DNA from: Myxococcota bacterium
Lineage (GTDB): Bacteria > Myxococcota > XYA12-FULL-58-9 > JALHOP01
Length of the DNA stretch: 31,348 nucleotides
Reading direction: 5' to 3'
Assembly (NCBI GenBank): GCA_041288095.1
Contig: JBGGMJ010000023.1
Location: forward strand, 1-31,348
Shown here: piece after piece, positions 8,573 through 16,424 of the stretch
Layout of the letters: the number at the start of each line of letters is the position of its first letter
How positions within the stretch are numbered: the first letter of the stretch is position 1
Made by a program: the position numbers and the translations under genes
The notes under the pieces: generated by a model
Databases searched by the model: none
Seen by the model: the letters and a program-made list of their open reading frames with translations, nothing else
What the model was told of the DNA's origin: nothing

Positions 8573-9283
8573 ATGAGCGTGCTCATCGGCGTCCACCCCG
8601 GCGGACGCATGAAGTTCGCGGTCTGCGCCATGTTCTGGAGCGGCAAGCTTCCAGTCACTGTGTTTCGCGCCCGCTCCTACTCCGGCGTCGACGACGTCCT
8701 GGCCGATATCGTCGGCGTCCAAGGCGAGTGGGGCTCGCTCGCCGGCATCGCCATCGACGCACCACTCACCTGGTCGGGGGCGCCAAGCGGTTGGCGGGCC
8801 TGCGACCTGGCACTGCGCAAGGGGCTGCCTCCCTGGGTGCCAAAGACGTGGATCAGGCCGCCGACGACCATCCCCGGCGCCATCTCGGTGCAGGGTCCGG
8901 CGCTCGGCTGGGCGCTCGCGCAGGAGATCAGGACCGGCCAGCTCCCCGAGCACAGCCTGGTCGAGACCAATCCGCGCCTGTCGCTTGCCTGTATCGCGAG
9001 CGATCTGCGCGACGCGGTGCTCGGCTATCGCAACCGCGACGCCTCCGACGAAGAAGTCAGCGCCCACATCGCGCGCCTGGTCGGTCGCCTCGAAGAGACC
9101 GGCATCATCCGCGTCGAAGCCGAGCCCCCCAAGTCGCCCGATGAGCTCGACGCCCTCGCCTGCGCGGTCGTCGCCCTGGGGCGAGCCTATCCCGACAGCG
9201 GTCTCGTCCTTAGCGAGTGGCAAGGCGGCGAAATTCGCCCGATTGGCCGCCGGCAGGTAGCGATCCTCCGCGGCTTGCCCTGA
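8573..9283 (+). CDS. DUF429-family predicted RNase H-fold nuclease
   Basis: IAIDAPL, R.CD..L, ETNP and DELDALACA motifs. The N-terminal strand reads IGVH instead of the usual IG[IV]D. Confidence 0.7.
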   Translation: MSVLIGVHPGGRMKFAVCAMFWSGKLPVTVFRARSYSGVDDVLADIVGVQGEWGSLAGIAIDAPLTWSGAPSGWRACDLALRKGLPPWVPKTWIRPPTTIPGAISVQGPALGWALAQEIRTGQLPEHSLVETNPRLSLACIASDLRDAVLGYRNRDASDEEVSAHIARLVGRLEETGIIRVEAEPPKSPDELDALACAVVALGRAYPDSGLVLSEWQGGEIRPIGRRQVAILRGLP

Positions 9284-9332
9284 CGCCTGCTGCTTGCCAC
9301 GACGCGACCGTTGACCTAGAGCCTTCGTCGCC

Positions 9333-10136
9333 ATGACGACGACCAAGCTTGCCTCGAGCTACGCCGACTACCTGAAGCTCCCGGAGCTCCTCGGGTGTCA
9401 GACGACGCTCACCGAGGCGCACGACGAGCTGCAGTTCATCATCGTCCACCAGACCGCCGAGCTCTGGTTCAAGCTCATGATCTTCGAGCTCGAGTCGACG
9501 CGCGCCGCGATGTTCGAGGGCAAGGTCACCCAGGCGTCGCACTACCTGCGCCGCGTGCAAGTGCTCATCAAGCAGCTCATCGCCGGCTTCGAAGTCATCG
9601 AGACCATGCGCCCCTACGACTTCGCCCAGTTCCGCGACCACCTGATGCCCGCGAGCGGCGTGCAGAGCTTGCAGTACCGCGAGGTCGAGTTCCTCTGCGG
9701 TGCCCGCGACTCGCGCTACCTTTCGTTATGGCAAGGCTACGCGCGCGAGCGCCTGGCCAAGCGCGCCGAAGAGCCCACGGTCTGGGACGCATACATCGCG
9801 GTGCTCCGCTCGAACGGACAGCAGACCGGCGATGAGAAGCAGGTCGTCGCTTCGATCATCGATATCTTGCAACGCGAAGGTAACGACGATCTCGGCATCC
9901 TCTCCGAGCAGCTCATCGAGTTCGACGAGCACTACTCCCTCTGGCGCAATCGCCACGTGCAGATGGTCATGCGCATGATCGGCGCCAAGCCCGGCACCGG
10001 CCAGGTGAGCGTCGCGCAGCTAGCCGAGGCCGGCTATTCACACATGGGCACGAGCGGGGTCGACTACCTACGCACCACCCTGAACCGCGTCTTCTTCCCG
10101 CTCCTCTGGGAAGCGCGCACGTTCATTCAACGTTAG
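9333..10136 (+). CDS. kynA: Tryptophan 2,3-dioxygenase family heme enzyme
   Basis: YADYLKL..LL..Q, HDELQFIIVHQ..ELWFK, FR....ASG.QS.QYR..EF, WR.RH..MV.RMIG.KPGTG, SGVDYL, FP.LW.AR. Confidence 0.92.
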   Translation: MTTTKLASSYADYLKLPELLGCQTTLTEAHDELQFIIVHQTAELWFKLMIFELESTRAAMFEGKVTQASHYLRRVQVLIKQLIAGFEVIETMRPYDFAQFRDHLMPASGVQSLQYREVEFLCGARDSRYLSLWQGYARERLAKRAEEPTVWDAYIAVLRSNGQQTGDEKQVVASIIDILQREGNDDLGILSEQLIEFDEHYSLWRNRHVQMVMRMIGAKPGTGQVSVAQLAEAGYSHMGTSGVDYLRTTLNRVFFPLLWEARTFIQR

Positions 10137-10939
10137 TGCGCATTACCGGCTTATGGTTCTACCCGGTGAAGGGCTGCCGGGGTGTGCAGGCGGCGGAAGT
10201 CCGCTTGAGCGACAAGGGCATCGCCGGTGACCGCGAGTTCGTCATCGTCGACGACAAGGGTCTGTTTCTCACGCAGCGCGATGTGCCGGAGCTGGCGCGC
10301 ATCGAGGCGCTCTATCGCGGGAACACCTTGGTGCTCGCTAGCGACGGACGTGGTGAGCTCATCGTGCCGCTCGACCAACCCGGACGGCAGCGCGAGGTGC
10401 AGGTGTGGAGCTCGCGCGGAACGGCGGCGGATGCTGGTGATGACGCCGCGCTGTGGCTTGGGCGCCTGCTGGGGAGACCCGTACGGCTGGTGCGGGCGGG
10501 TCCACAATGGCAGCGCGCGTTTTCCTACGAGGGGCAGACTGGGCCGCTCGCCTTCGCGGATGGATATCCATTGCTGATGATCAGTGATGCCTCGCTCGCC
10601 GATTTGAACGAGCGGCTGCCCGAGCCGGTGCCGATGGCGCGCTTTCGCCCGAACATCGCGGTCGATGGGATTGCGGCTTACGCGGAAGACACGCTCGCCC
10701 ACGCGCAACACGGCGGCGTCGTTTTGCGCGGCGTGAAGAAGTGCGTCCGGTGCGCGGTGACCACCACCGACCAGATGACGGGCAAGCGTGACGAGCGCTC
10801 GGAGCCGCTGCGAACCTTGGCGCGTTTCCGCAATGACAAGGCACTGCGCGGCGTGACCTTCGGCATGAACGTCTCGGTCAGCGAAGGAGCCGGCGCGATG
10901 CTTCGCGTCGGCGATACCTTCGAGGCGGTCTTTCGCTGA
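10136..10939 (+). CDS. MOSC-domain molybdoenzyme (YcbX/mARC-like)
   Basis: YPVKGC, GDR.F, FLTQR..PELA, FADGYP, SL.DLN, RFRPNI, C.RC.VTT.DQ.TG, EPL.TL, FG.N; GTG start overlaps the TDO stop. Confidence 0.92.
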   Translation: MRITGLWFYPVKGCRGVQAAEVRLSDKGIAGDREFVIVDDKGLFLTQRDVPELARIEALYRGNTLVLASDGRGELIVPLDQPGRQREVQVWSSRGTAADAGDDAALWLGRLLGRPVRLVRAGPQWQRAFSYEGQTGPLAFADGYPLLMISDASLADLNERLPEPVPMARFRPNIAVDGIAAYAEDTLAHAQHGGVVLRGVKKCVRCAVTTTDQMTGKRDERSEPLRTLARFRNDKALRGVTFGMNVSVSEGAGAMLRVGDTFEAVFR

Positions 10940-10945
10940 GCGTTT

Positions 10946-12028
10946 CTACTGCGGGGACGAGAGCAGCTTCGGCTCGTCGGGATACAAGACGCGGATCTCG
11001 GTCCAGGTCGTCTTCGGGATGCTGAGGAAGGCGCGGACCACGTTGGGGTCGAATTGCGAGCCGGCGCAGCTCTCGATCTCCGCGATGGCGGTGTCGATGT
11101 CGCGCGCCGGACGGTAGGGGCGGTCCGAGAGGATCGCGTCGAGGGCGTCGACCACCGCGAAGATGCGGGCGCCGAGCACGATCTCTTCGCCGACCAGGCC
11201 GCTCGGATAGCCGCCGCCGTCCCAGCGCTCGTGGTGCTGCAGGACGATGGCGCGGGCGTGTCGCATCGAGTCGATGCCGTCCAGCAGCTGCGCGCCGATG
11301 GTGGTGTGGCGCTTCAGCACCTGCCAGTCCTCGTCGGTGAGACGGTCCGGCTTCTTGAGGATGCTTTCGGGAATGCCGACCTTGCCGATGTCGTGGAGCA
11401 AGGCGCCCTGCTCGATGGCGACCAGCGGCTGTCCTTTGATGCCGAGCGCGTCGGCGATGACCTTCGCGTAAGCGGCCACGCGCCTGCAGTGAGCGCGCGT
11501 CTCGTTGTCGCGCAGGTTCAAGGTGTTGAGGAGCACCTCGGCCATGCTCGCCTCGACGCTCGACGCGGTGTTCTGCAGACTGCGCCGCTGCGCTTCGATC
11601 TCCCGAGTGGTGTTGATGTTCACCGTCTGGAGCTGGCGCTGGCCGACCTTCTCGTAGTGCGTCTCGATCGAGCGGCGCAACATCGACGAGAGCTCTTCGA
11701 TGTCCCAGGGCTTCGCGATGACGTACGAGACCGAGAACTCGTTGACCGCTTGCAGCGCCAGGTCGAGGTCACACTCGCCGCTCACGAGCATGTACGTCGC
11801 GTCGGGTTGGAAACCCCGCAGGTGACCGACGAGATTCAGACCGTCGATGTCGGGCATGCGGTAGTCGGCGGCGATGACCGCGTACTGGTGCTCGGACACC
11901 AGCTTGGTGGCCTCTGCTTCGCCACCCGCGAGGTCGACCTCGAAGCCCTGCCGGCGCAGCGATCGCGCGAAGGCTGACCGGACCATGGCATCGTCGTCGA
12001 CAAAGAGAATTCGTTCGGAGGTTTGCAT
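10946..12028 (-). CDS. Response regulator with HD-GYP cyclic-dinucleotide phosphodiesterase domain (RpfG-like)
   Basis: REC domain (ILFVDDD, DYRMP, KPW), then ET..H..RVA, LLHDIGK, HHERWDGGGYP, ARIFAVVD, DRPYR, GSQFDP. Start taken at ATG 12028 with GGGAG upstream. Confidence 0.93.
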   Translation of the reverse strand: MQTSERILFVDDDAMVRSAFARSLRRQGFEVDLAGGEAEATKLVSEHQYAVIAADYRMPDIDGLNLVGHLRGFQPDATYMLVSGECDLDLALQAVNEFSVSYVIAKPWDIEELSSMLRRSIETHYEKVGQRQLQTVNINTTREIEAQRRSLQNTASSVEASMAEVLLNTLNLRDNETRAHCRRVAAYAKVIADALGIKGQPLVAIEQGALLHDIGKVGIPESILKKPDRLTDEDWQVLKRHTTIGAQLLDGIDSMRHARAIVLQHHERWDGGGYPSGLVGEEIVLGARIFAVVDALDAILSDRPYRPARDIDTAIAEIESCAGSQFDPNVVRAFLSIPKTTWTEIRVLYPDEPKLLSSPQ

Positions 12029-12056
12029 GATTGTCGGCTCCCGCTGGCGGATAAGG

Positions 12057-12072
12057 TGCAAACCACGGGCCG
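12057..12072 (-). promoter_or_regulatory. Candidate sigma-54 promoter of the HD-GYP gene
   Basis: Minus strand CGGCCCGTGGTTTGCA: exact GG-N10-GC spacing and perfect TTGCA -12 box, about 30 nt upstream of the ATG; the -24 box has two mismatches. Confidence 0.45.
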
Positions 12073-12185
12073 CCCCTGGAGCTCGCTGAATCAACCCTCA
12101 GCGGCCTCAATTGGTGAATCTAAGGCGTTCCGCCTGGGGTTGCGGCACCCAGCGGTCGATGCGACCTGGGATCAGCGCCACCCGC

Positions 12186-13418
12186 TCACAAAGCCCCACC
12201 AAACGGCGCTTTGTCGAACGTGTTGTCCGCGATAGTCGAGTCGGTGACGCTCACGGACCCTCGAAACAACCATCCGCCGGGCCTGCCCTGCGCGTTTTCG
12301 ATCACCGTGGAGCGCGCCACCTCGACGACCAGCGGCTCCTCGCCGTAGGCCACCAACCCTTGCAGCAAGTAGCTCCCCTCGTTTCCCCTGAAGACCGTCC
12401 CGACGAAGCGTGGCTTGGTGACACGCGGCCGCAAGTTGTGTTGGGCCGACACCGCTGACGCACCGTACGCGGTGTTGTCTTCGAACACGGCGTCGACGAA
12501 CTGAGGCGACCCATCGGTGATGTTGATCGCGGCCGCGAAGTCGTAGGCGTAGTTGCGCTCGAAACGCACGCGCACGAACGTCGCGTCGCTGTGCCAGAGG
12601 CTCATGCCGACACCAATGAAGCCCCAGTTGTCGGCGATGACGACGTCTTCGAAGCGCGGGCTCCCGGTATCGAAATACACTCCCGCGCCGTGGCCGTAGT
12701 TCATGTTGCCGTGAATGGCGACGTTGCGAATCACCGGTGACCCGTTCAGGATCAGCACTCCCGCGCCACCCGGCCTGCCGTAGCCGCCCGTGATCGACAA
12801 GCCGTCGAGCACGGTCTTGTCTCCGACGCGGATGATGCGGACCACGAGCTCGCTGTTTTCGACGCGGTACTGTTCCAGATCCCCTTGGTCGTCACCCGCG
12901 AGGTCTCCAGACAAGACCGAGAGATGGCGCGCGGGGTCGCGCGCAGTCCGCCGCGTTTCGTGCCCGGCAAAGCCACCGTAGAGCGCCACACCATCGCGGA
13001 TGACGAAGCTCGCGGCGCGATCGCCGGTTCGGCTCGGCGTGTAGATGCCCGCGGCGATCCAGACGTCGTCGCCGAACGTCGCAACGGCGAGCGCCGCCTG
13101 CAGATCGTTGAACGCCGTCGCCCAGCTCTTGCCGTCACCCGCGTCTCGTGCGCTTTGGCGGACGTACCAGGCCGGGAGCAACGCTGGCTCCTCGGGCGGC
13201 CGCGGCGCCTCCAGATCGGGCTCCCCGGGGTCTGAAACCTCGGGCGCCACCGCGTCCGACTCCTCGGGCGTAGGCTCGGCGGCCGGTGTGCTCGGCGCCT
13301 CCTCGGCTGGCGCATCGATCTCGCAACCTGGACAACCAAGCTCGAGATCTCCCGCCTCGACCGAGCCACCGCAAGCGGCGAGCCAGAAACAGGCGATCAC
13401 GGAAAAGTGTCGTCTCAC
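12186..13418 (-). CDS. Lipoprotein with Pro/Glu linker and right-handed parallel beta-helix domain
   Basis: Lipobox LAAC, P/E/A-rich linker, GDGKSWATAF.DLQ.AL, VWIAAG.Y.P, LYGGFAG.ET, LSGD, then repeated G.G...F..N beta-helix turns. Confidence 0.75.
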   Translation of the reverse strand: MRRHFSVIACFWLAACGGSVEAGDLELGCPGCEIDAPAEEAPSTPAAEPTPEESDAVAPEVSDPGEPDLEAPRPPEEPALLPAWYVRQSARDAGDGKSWATAFNDLQAALAVATFGDDVWIAAGIYTPSRTGDRAASFVIRDGVALYGGFAGHETRRTARDPARHLSVLSGDLAGDDQGDLEQYRVENSELVVRIIRVGDKTVLDGLSITGGYGRPGGAGVLILNGSPVIRNVAIHGNMNYGHGAGVYFDTGSPRFEDVVIADNWGFIGVGMSLWHSDATFVRVRFERNYAYDFAAAINITDGSPQFVDAVFEDNTAYGASAVSAQHNLRPRVTKPRFVGTVFRGNEGSYLLQGLVAYGEEPLVVEVARSTVIENAQGRPGGWLFRGSVSVTDSTIADNTFDKAPFGGAL

Positions 13419-13457
13419 ACCTCATCGGTGCGCGACCCACCCAGAAGTTTCCCGCCG

Positions 13458-14273
13458 CTACAGCCGGCGGTGCTTGAGGCTTGGCACGCGGTTACGGACG
13501 CTCTCGAGAAAGCTCATCGAGACGCGGGCGGTCACGTACCCTTCGCTCTCGGGCGCCACCGCGAGGGTCGTCCCCCAAGGGTCGACGATCATCGACTTGC
13601 CCCAGGAGCTGCGGCCGGCGCCATGCTCACCCCATTGCGCCGGCGCCACCACGTAGCACTGGCTCTCGATGGCGCGAGCGCGAATGAGCGGCTCCCAGTG
13701 ATCCTTGCCGGTGTGCAGGGTGAACGCCGCCGGAATGGCGATGAGGTGCGCGCCGCGATCGACGAGCCCGCGGTAGAGCTCGGGAAAGCGCAGGTCGTAG
13801 CAGATGCTCATCCCGAGCTTGAAGCCGTGGATCGGCTCGGTGACGACGATGTCTTTTCCGGCGGACACCGTGTCCGACTCGCGCAACACTTGCCCACCGG
13901 CGAGCGTCGCGTCGAACATGTGGATCTTGCGGTACGCCGCGATGATCTTCCCTTCGGGCGAGATCACCGTCGAGGTGTTGTAGAAGTGTGTGGCGTCGTG
14001 ACCGGTCTCCGGCACACTGCCCGCTAAAACATACACACCGTGGCGCTTGGCGATGCCCACCAAGCCTTCCAGGTGGGGATGGCCCTCGAGCGCCTTGGCC
14101 TCGAGGAGCCCACCACGCTCGGCCAGAATCCCGAAGGTCTCCGGCAACGCCACGAGCTGTGCCCCGGCCTTGGCCGCACTCTCTGCATGCTCCAAGGCCG
14201 ACGCCAGATTGGTGGCGACATCGGCGGTGCTTCGTGTCTGCACCGCCGCGACGACTACTGAATCAGTAGTCAC
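13458..14273 (-). CDS. Carbon-nitrogen hydrolase, Nit1/deaminated-glutathione-amidase-like
   Basis: Catalytic triad E (LPE), K (YRKIH) and C (ICYDLRFPE); PAAFT..TG..HWE.L.RARAIE.QCY; SMIVDPWG. GTG start at 14273; the ORF-track extension is out-of-frame read of the upstream gene. Confidence 0.92.
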   Translation of the reverse strand: MTTDSVVVAAVQTRSTADVATNLASALEHAESAAKAGAQLVALPETFGILAERGGLLEAKALEGHPHLEGLVGIAKRHGVYVLAGSVPETGHDATHFYNTSTVISPEGKIIAAYRKIHMFDATLAGGQVLRESDTVSAGKDIVVTEPIHGFKLGMSICYDLRFPELYRGLVDRGAHLIAIPAAFTLHTGKDHWEPLIRARAIESQCYVVAPAQWGEHGAGRSSWGKSMIVDPWGTTLAVAPESEGYVTARVSMSFLESVRNRVPSLKHRRL

Positions 14274-14808
14274 CGCCTTCTTCTTCTTCTTCCTCTTCCT
14301 CGTCGTCGTCGGAGGACGAGGAGGAGGTCGTTTCTTCGTCGCTATCGCCGCCGGCCCAGCCACCCTCGTCGTCGCCGAAGTCTTCGGTCATCTCGGAGTC
14401 GGCGTCTTTGCCCTTCGCGGCCACGGGAGCCGCGTCCTCGTCGCCGTCGTCGTTGCTACCCTGCGAGCCGCCGTACGAGCCGCCACGCGACTCGTTCGAG
14501 CTCGGCATGGCGATCGGCGCCGACATTCCGATGGTGGTGTCGCGCTTCACGGGCTTGGCAGCCGCGGGCTTCTTCGCGGGAGCCGCCTTCTTGGGAGCCG
14601 CGGGCTTGGCGGCAGCGGCGGGCTTCTTCGCGGCGGCCTTCTTCTTCGCGGGCTTCGCGGCCTTCTTGGCCTTCGGCTTCGCCTTCTTGGCGGCCTTCTT
14701 CGCCACCTTCTTCTTGGCGGCTTTCTTCTTGCCCGCCTTAGCGGCCTTCTTGTTGCCGGCTTTCTTCTTCTTGGGTGCGGTCTTCTTCTTTTTCTTCTTG
14801 GCGGCCAT
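14263..14808 (-). CDS. Histone-H1-like Lys/Ala/Pro-rich protein with acidic C-terminal tail
   Basis: MAAKKKKKK... with AKK/PAKK/AAKP repeats over about 90 aa, then a D/E/S/G-rich tail ending DDDEEEEEEEEGGDY; GAGG upstream of ATG 14808. Confidence 0.75.
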   Translation of the reverse strand: MAAKKKKKKTAPKKKKAGNKKAAKAGKKKAAKKKVAKKAAKKAKPKAKKAAKPAKKKAAAKKPAAAAKPAAPKKAAPAKKPAAAKPVKRDTTIGMSAPIAMPSSNESRGGSYGGSQGSNDDGDEDAAPVAAKGKDADSEMTEDFGDDEGGWAGGDSDEETTSSSSSDDDEEEEEEEEGGDY

Positions 14809-14898
14809 GGGCAACCTCGCGGATCGTTTTTGTGGACGACTAAGTCAGGTGCGATGCGTAGCGCCGACGCTTGGGTCAACGCAATAGCGACGAAAAAG

Positions 14899-15456
14899 TC
14901 ACGAGCCCCTTGATGCCCAAGCGACGTCGGGCGTGCCTGCCAGGTGATTCGCGTAGCGTGCGTAGACGAACAGGAGGTCGGACAACCGGTTCAAGAAAAC
15001 GACCGCCGTCTCCGCCGTATCGGGCTCCTCGGCGCGCAAGCTCACGCACAGCCTCTCGGCCCGGCGACAAACCCCTCGCGCCAGATGCAAAGCGGCGGCG
15101 ACCGGGTGCCCGCCAGGCAAAATGAAGGATTTGAGGGGCGGCAGCTCGCCTTCGGCCCGGTCGATGGCCTCCTCCATGAGCTTGATGTCGGCCTCGGTGA
15201 CCCCGCTTGGGCGCTTATTCTTGTCGGCCGGCGTCGCCAGCTCGGCTCCCAGCTCGAACAGCAGGTTCTGCAGCGTCGCCAGCAAACCGTCGACTTGCTG
15301 CGGGGGTTTGAGGGCTCTCGCCATCCCGAGCGACGCATTCAGCTCGTCCACGGTGCCGTAGGTTTCGACCCGGATATGGTCCTTGCGCACCCGCTGACCG
15401 CCGAAAAGGCCGGTGTCACCCTTGTCGCCGGTCTTCGTATAAATCTTCAGCGTCAT
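14899..15456 (-). CDS. pduO: ATP:cob(I)alamin adenosyltransferase, PduO/MMAB type
   Basis: KIYTKTGDKG.T.L, RV.K...R...YGTVDELN, FILPGG, AR..CRRAER, LNRLSD.LF..AR. Confidence 0.95.
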   Translation of the reverse strand: MTLKIYTKTGDKGDTGLFGGQRVRKDHIRVETYGTVDELNASLGMARALKPPQQVDGLLATLQNLLFELGAELATPADKNKRPSGVTEADIKLMEEAIDRAEGELPPLKSFILPGGHPVAAALHLARGVCRRAERLCVSLRAEEPDTAETAVVFLNRLSDLLFVYARYANHLAGTPDVAWASRGS

Positions 15457-15514
15457 CGTTGGCCTCGCGAAGGATTGAGAAATCGCGTCGGAATGGCTAT
15501 ACGCCGGCGCCTAG

Positions 15515-16381
15515 ATGCACCCCAAACGCCTCGAGCACCGCATTCTCAAAGCCGTCCACCGCGCCTGCAAGGACTTTGCGCTGCTCAAACCGAACGACAA
15601 GATCCTGATCGCCCTCTCGGGCGGCAAGGATAGTTACGCTCTCGCCTGGGCTTTGCGGCGCATCCAAGCGGCGGCGCCGTTCAAGATCGACCTCGTCGCC
15701 TATCACTTGGACCAGGGCCAACCCGGCCACGACACGCACCCGATCGAAGGGCACATGAAGACCCTCGGCGTGCCCTACGAGGTCGAGTACCAGGACACGT
15801 ACACGCGCGTCGTCGAGAAGACCGAGCCGGGCAAAATCTACTGCTCGCTCTGCTCGCGCTTCCGAAGGGCCATTCTCTACAAGGCGGCGGTCCGCCACGG
15901 CTGCAACAAGGTCGCGCTCGGTCATCACGCCGACGATCTCGCCGAGACCGTGATCCTCAACATGTTCTTCGCCGGCCAGATCAAGACGATGCCGCCGCGC
16001 TTGAAGAGCGAAGACGGCACGCAGGAGCTCATCCGCCCCCTGGCTTATGTGCCCGAGAGCGAGCTCATCGAGCTGTCGGACAACTTCAAGTTCCCGGTCG
16101 TCCCCTGCAAGCTCTGCGGCTCGCAGGAAAAGCAGCGCAAGGCCGTGAAGAACCTCCTGACCGAGATGGACGCCAAGTACCCCGAGATGCGCATCAAGCA
16201 GAGCATCCTCGCGTCCTTAGGGAACGTCCGCCCCTCTCACTTGCTCGATCGCGACCTGCACCCCTGGTTCACCGAGGGCGCGGCCGACCTGCCGGAGCTG
16301 GCGGAGCCGTTGGAGCCCACCGAGCCCGAGGCGGCCCCCGTCGTACGCTCCCGGCTGCCGATCGTCGCGGCCGAAGTATAG
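15515..16381 (+). CDS. ttcA: tRNA 2-thiocytidine(32) synthetase
   Basis: PP-loop SGGKDS, LDQGQPG, CSLCSR.RR, ALGHH.DD, MPP.L, IRPLAY, PC.LCGSQ. Confidence 0.95.
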   Translation: MHPKRLEHRILKAVHRACKDFALLKPNDKILIALSGGKDSYALAWALRRIQAAAPFKIDLVAYHLDQGQPGHDTHPIEGHMKTLGVPYEVEYQDTYTRVVEKTEPGKIYCSLCSRFRRAILYKAAVRHGCNKVALGHHADDLAETVILNMFFAGQIKTMPPRLKSEDGTQELIRPLAYVPESELIELSDNFKFPVVPCKLCGSQEKQRKAVKNLLTEMDAKYPEMRIKQSILASLGNVRPSHLLDRDLHPWFTEGAADLPELAEPLEPTEPEAAPVVRSRLPIVAAEV

Positions 16382-16424
16382 AAGTTAGCGTTTTCCCCCA
16401 ACCTTTGTAATAGTCTCGGCTCGC

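Noticed and set aside
8573-9283. DUF429 (and DUF488 at 17684-18133) as parts of an anti-phage defence island
   Set aside because: They are single genes 8 kb apart among housekeeping genes, with no integrase, toxin-antitoxin pair or other defence genes nearby.
12186-12260. Possible truncation of the beta-helix lipoprotein (ends right after a GGAL turn)
   Set aside because: No convincing continuation in another frame, and the downstream DNA looks like the HD-GYP promoter; no evidence for a pseudogene.
14270-14800. TTC/CTT and GCGGCCTTCTT-type short repeats suggesting a repeat array or microsatellite
   Set aside because: They encode the Lys/Ala and Glu runs of the H1-like protein; there is no repeat-spacer periodicity, so not CRISPR. 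The hydrophobic F/A-rich ORF 14408-14887 is its antisense shadow.
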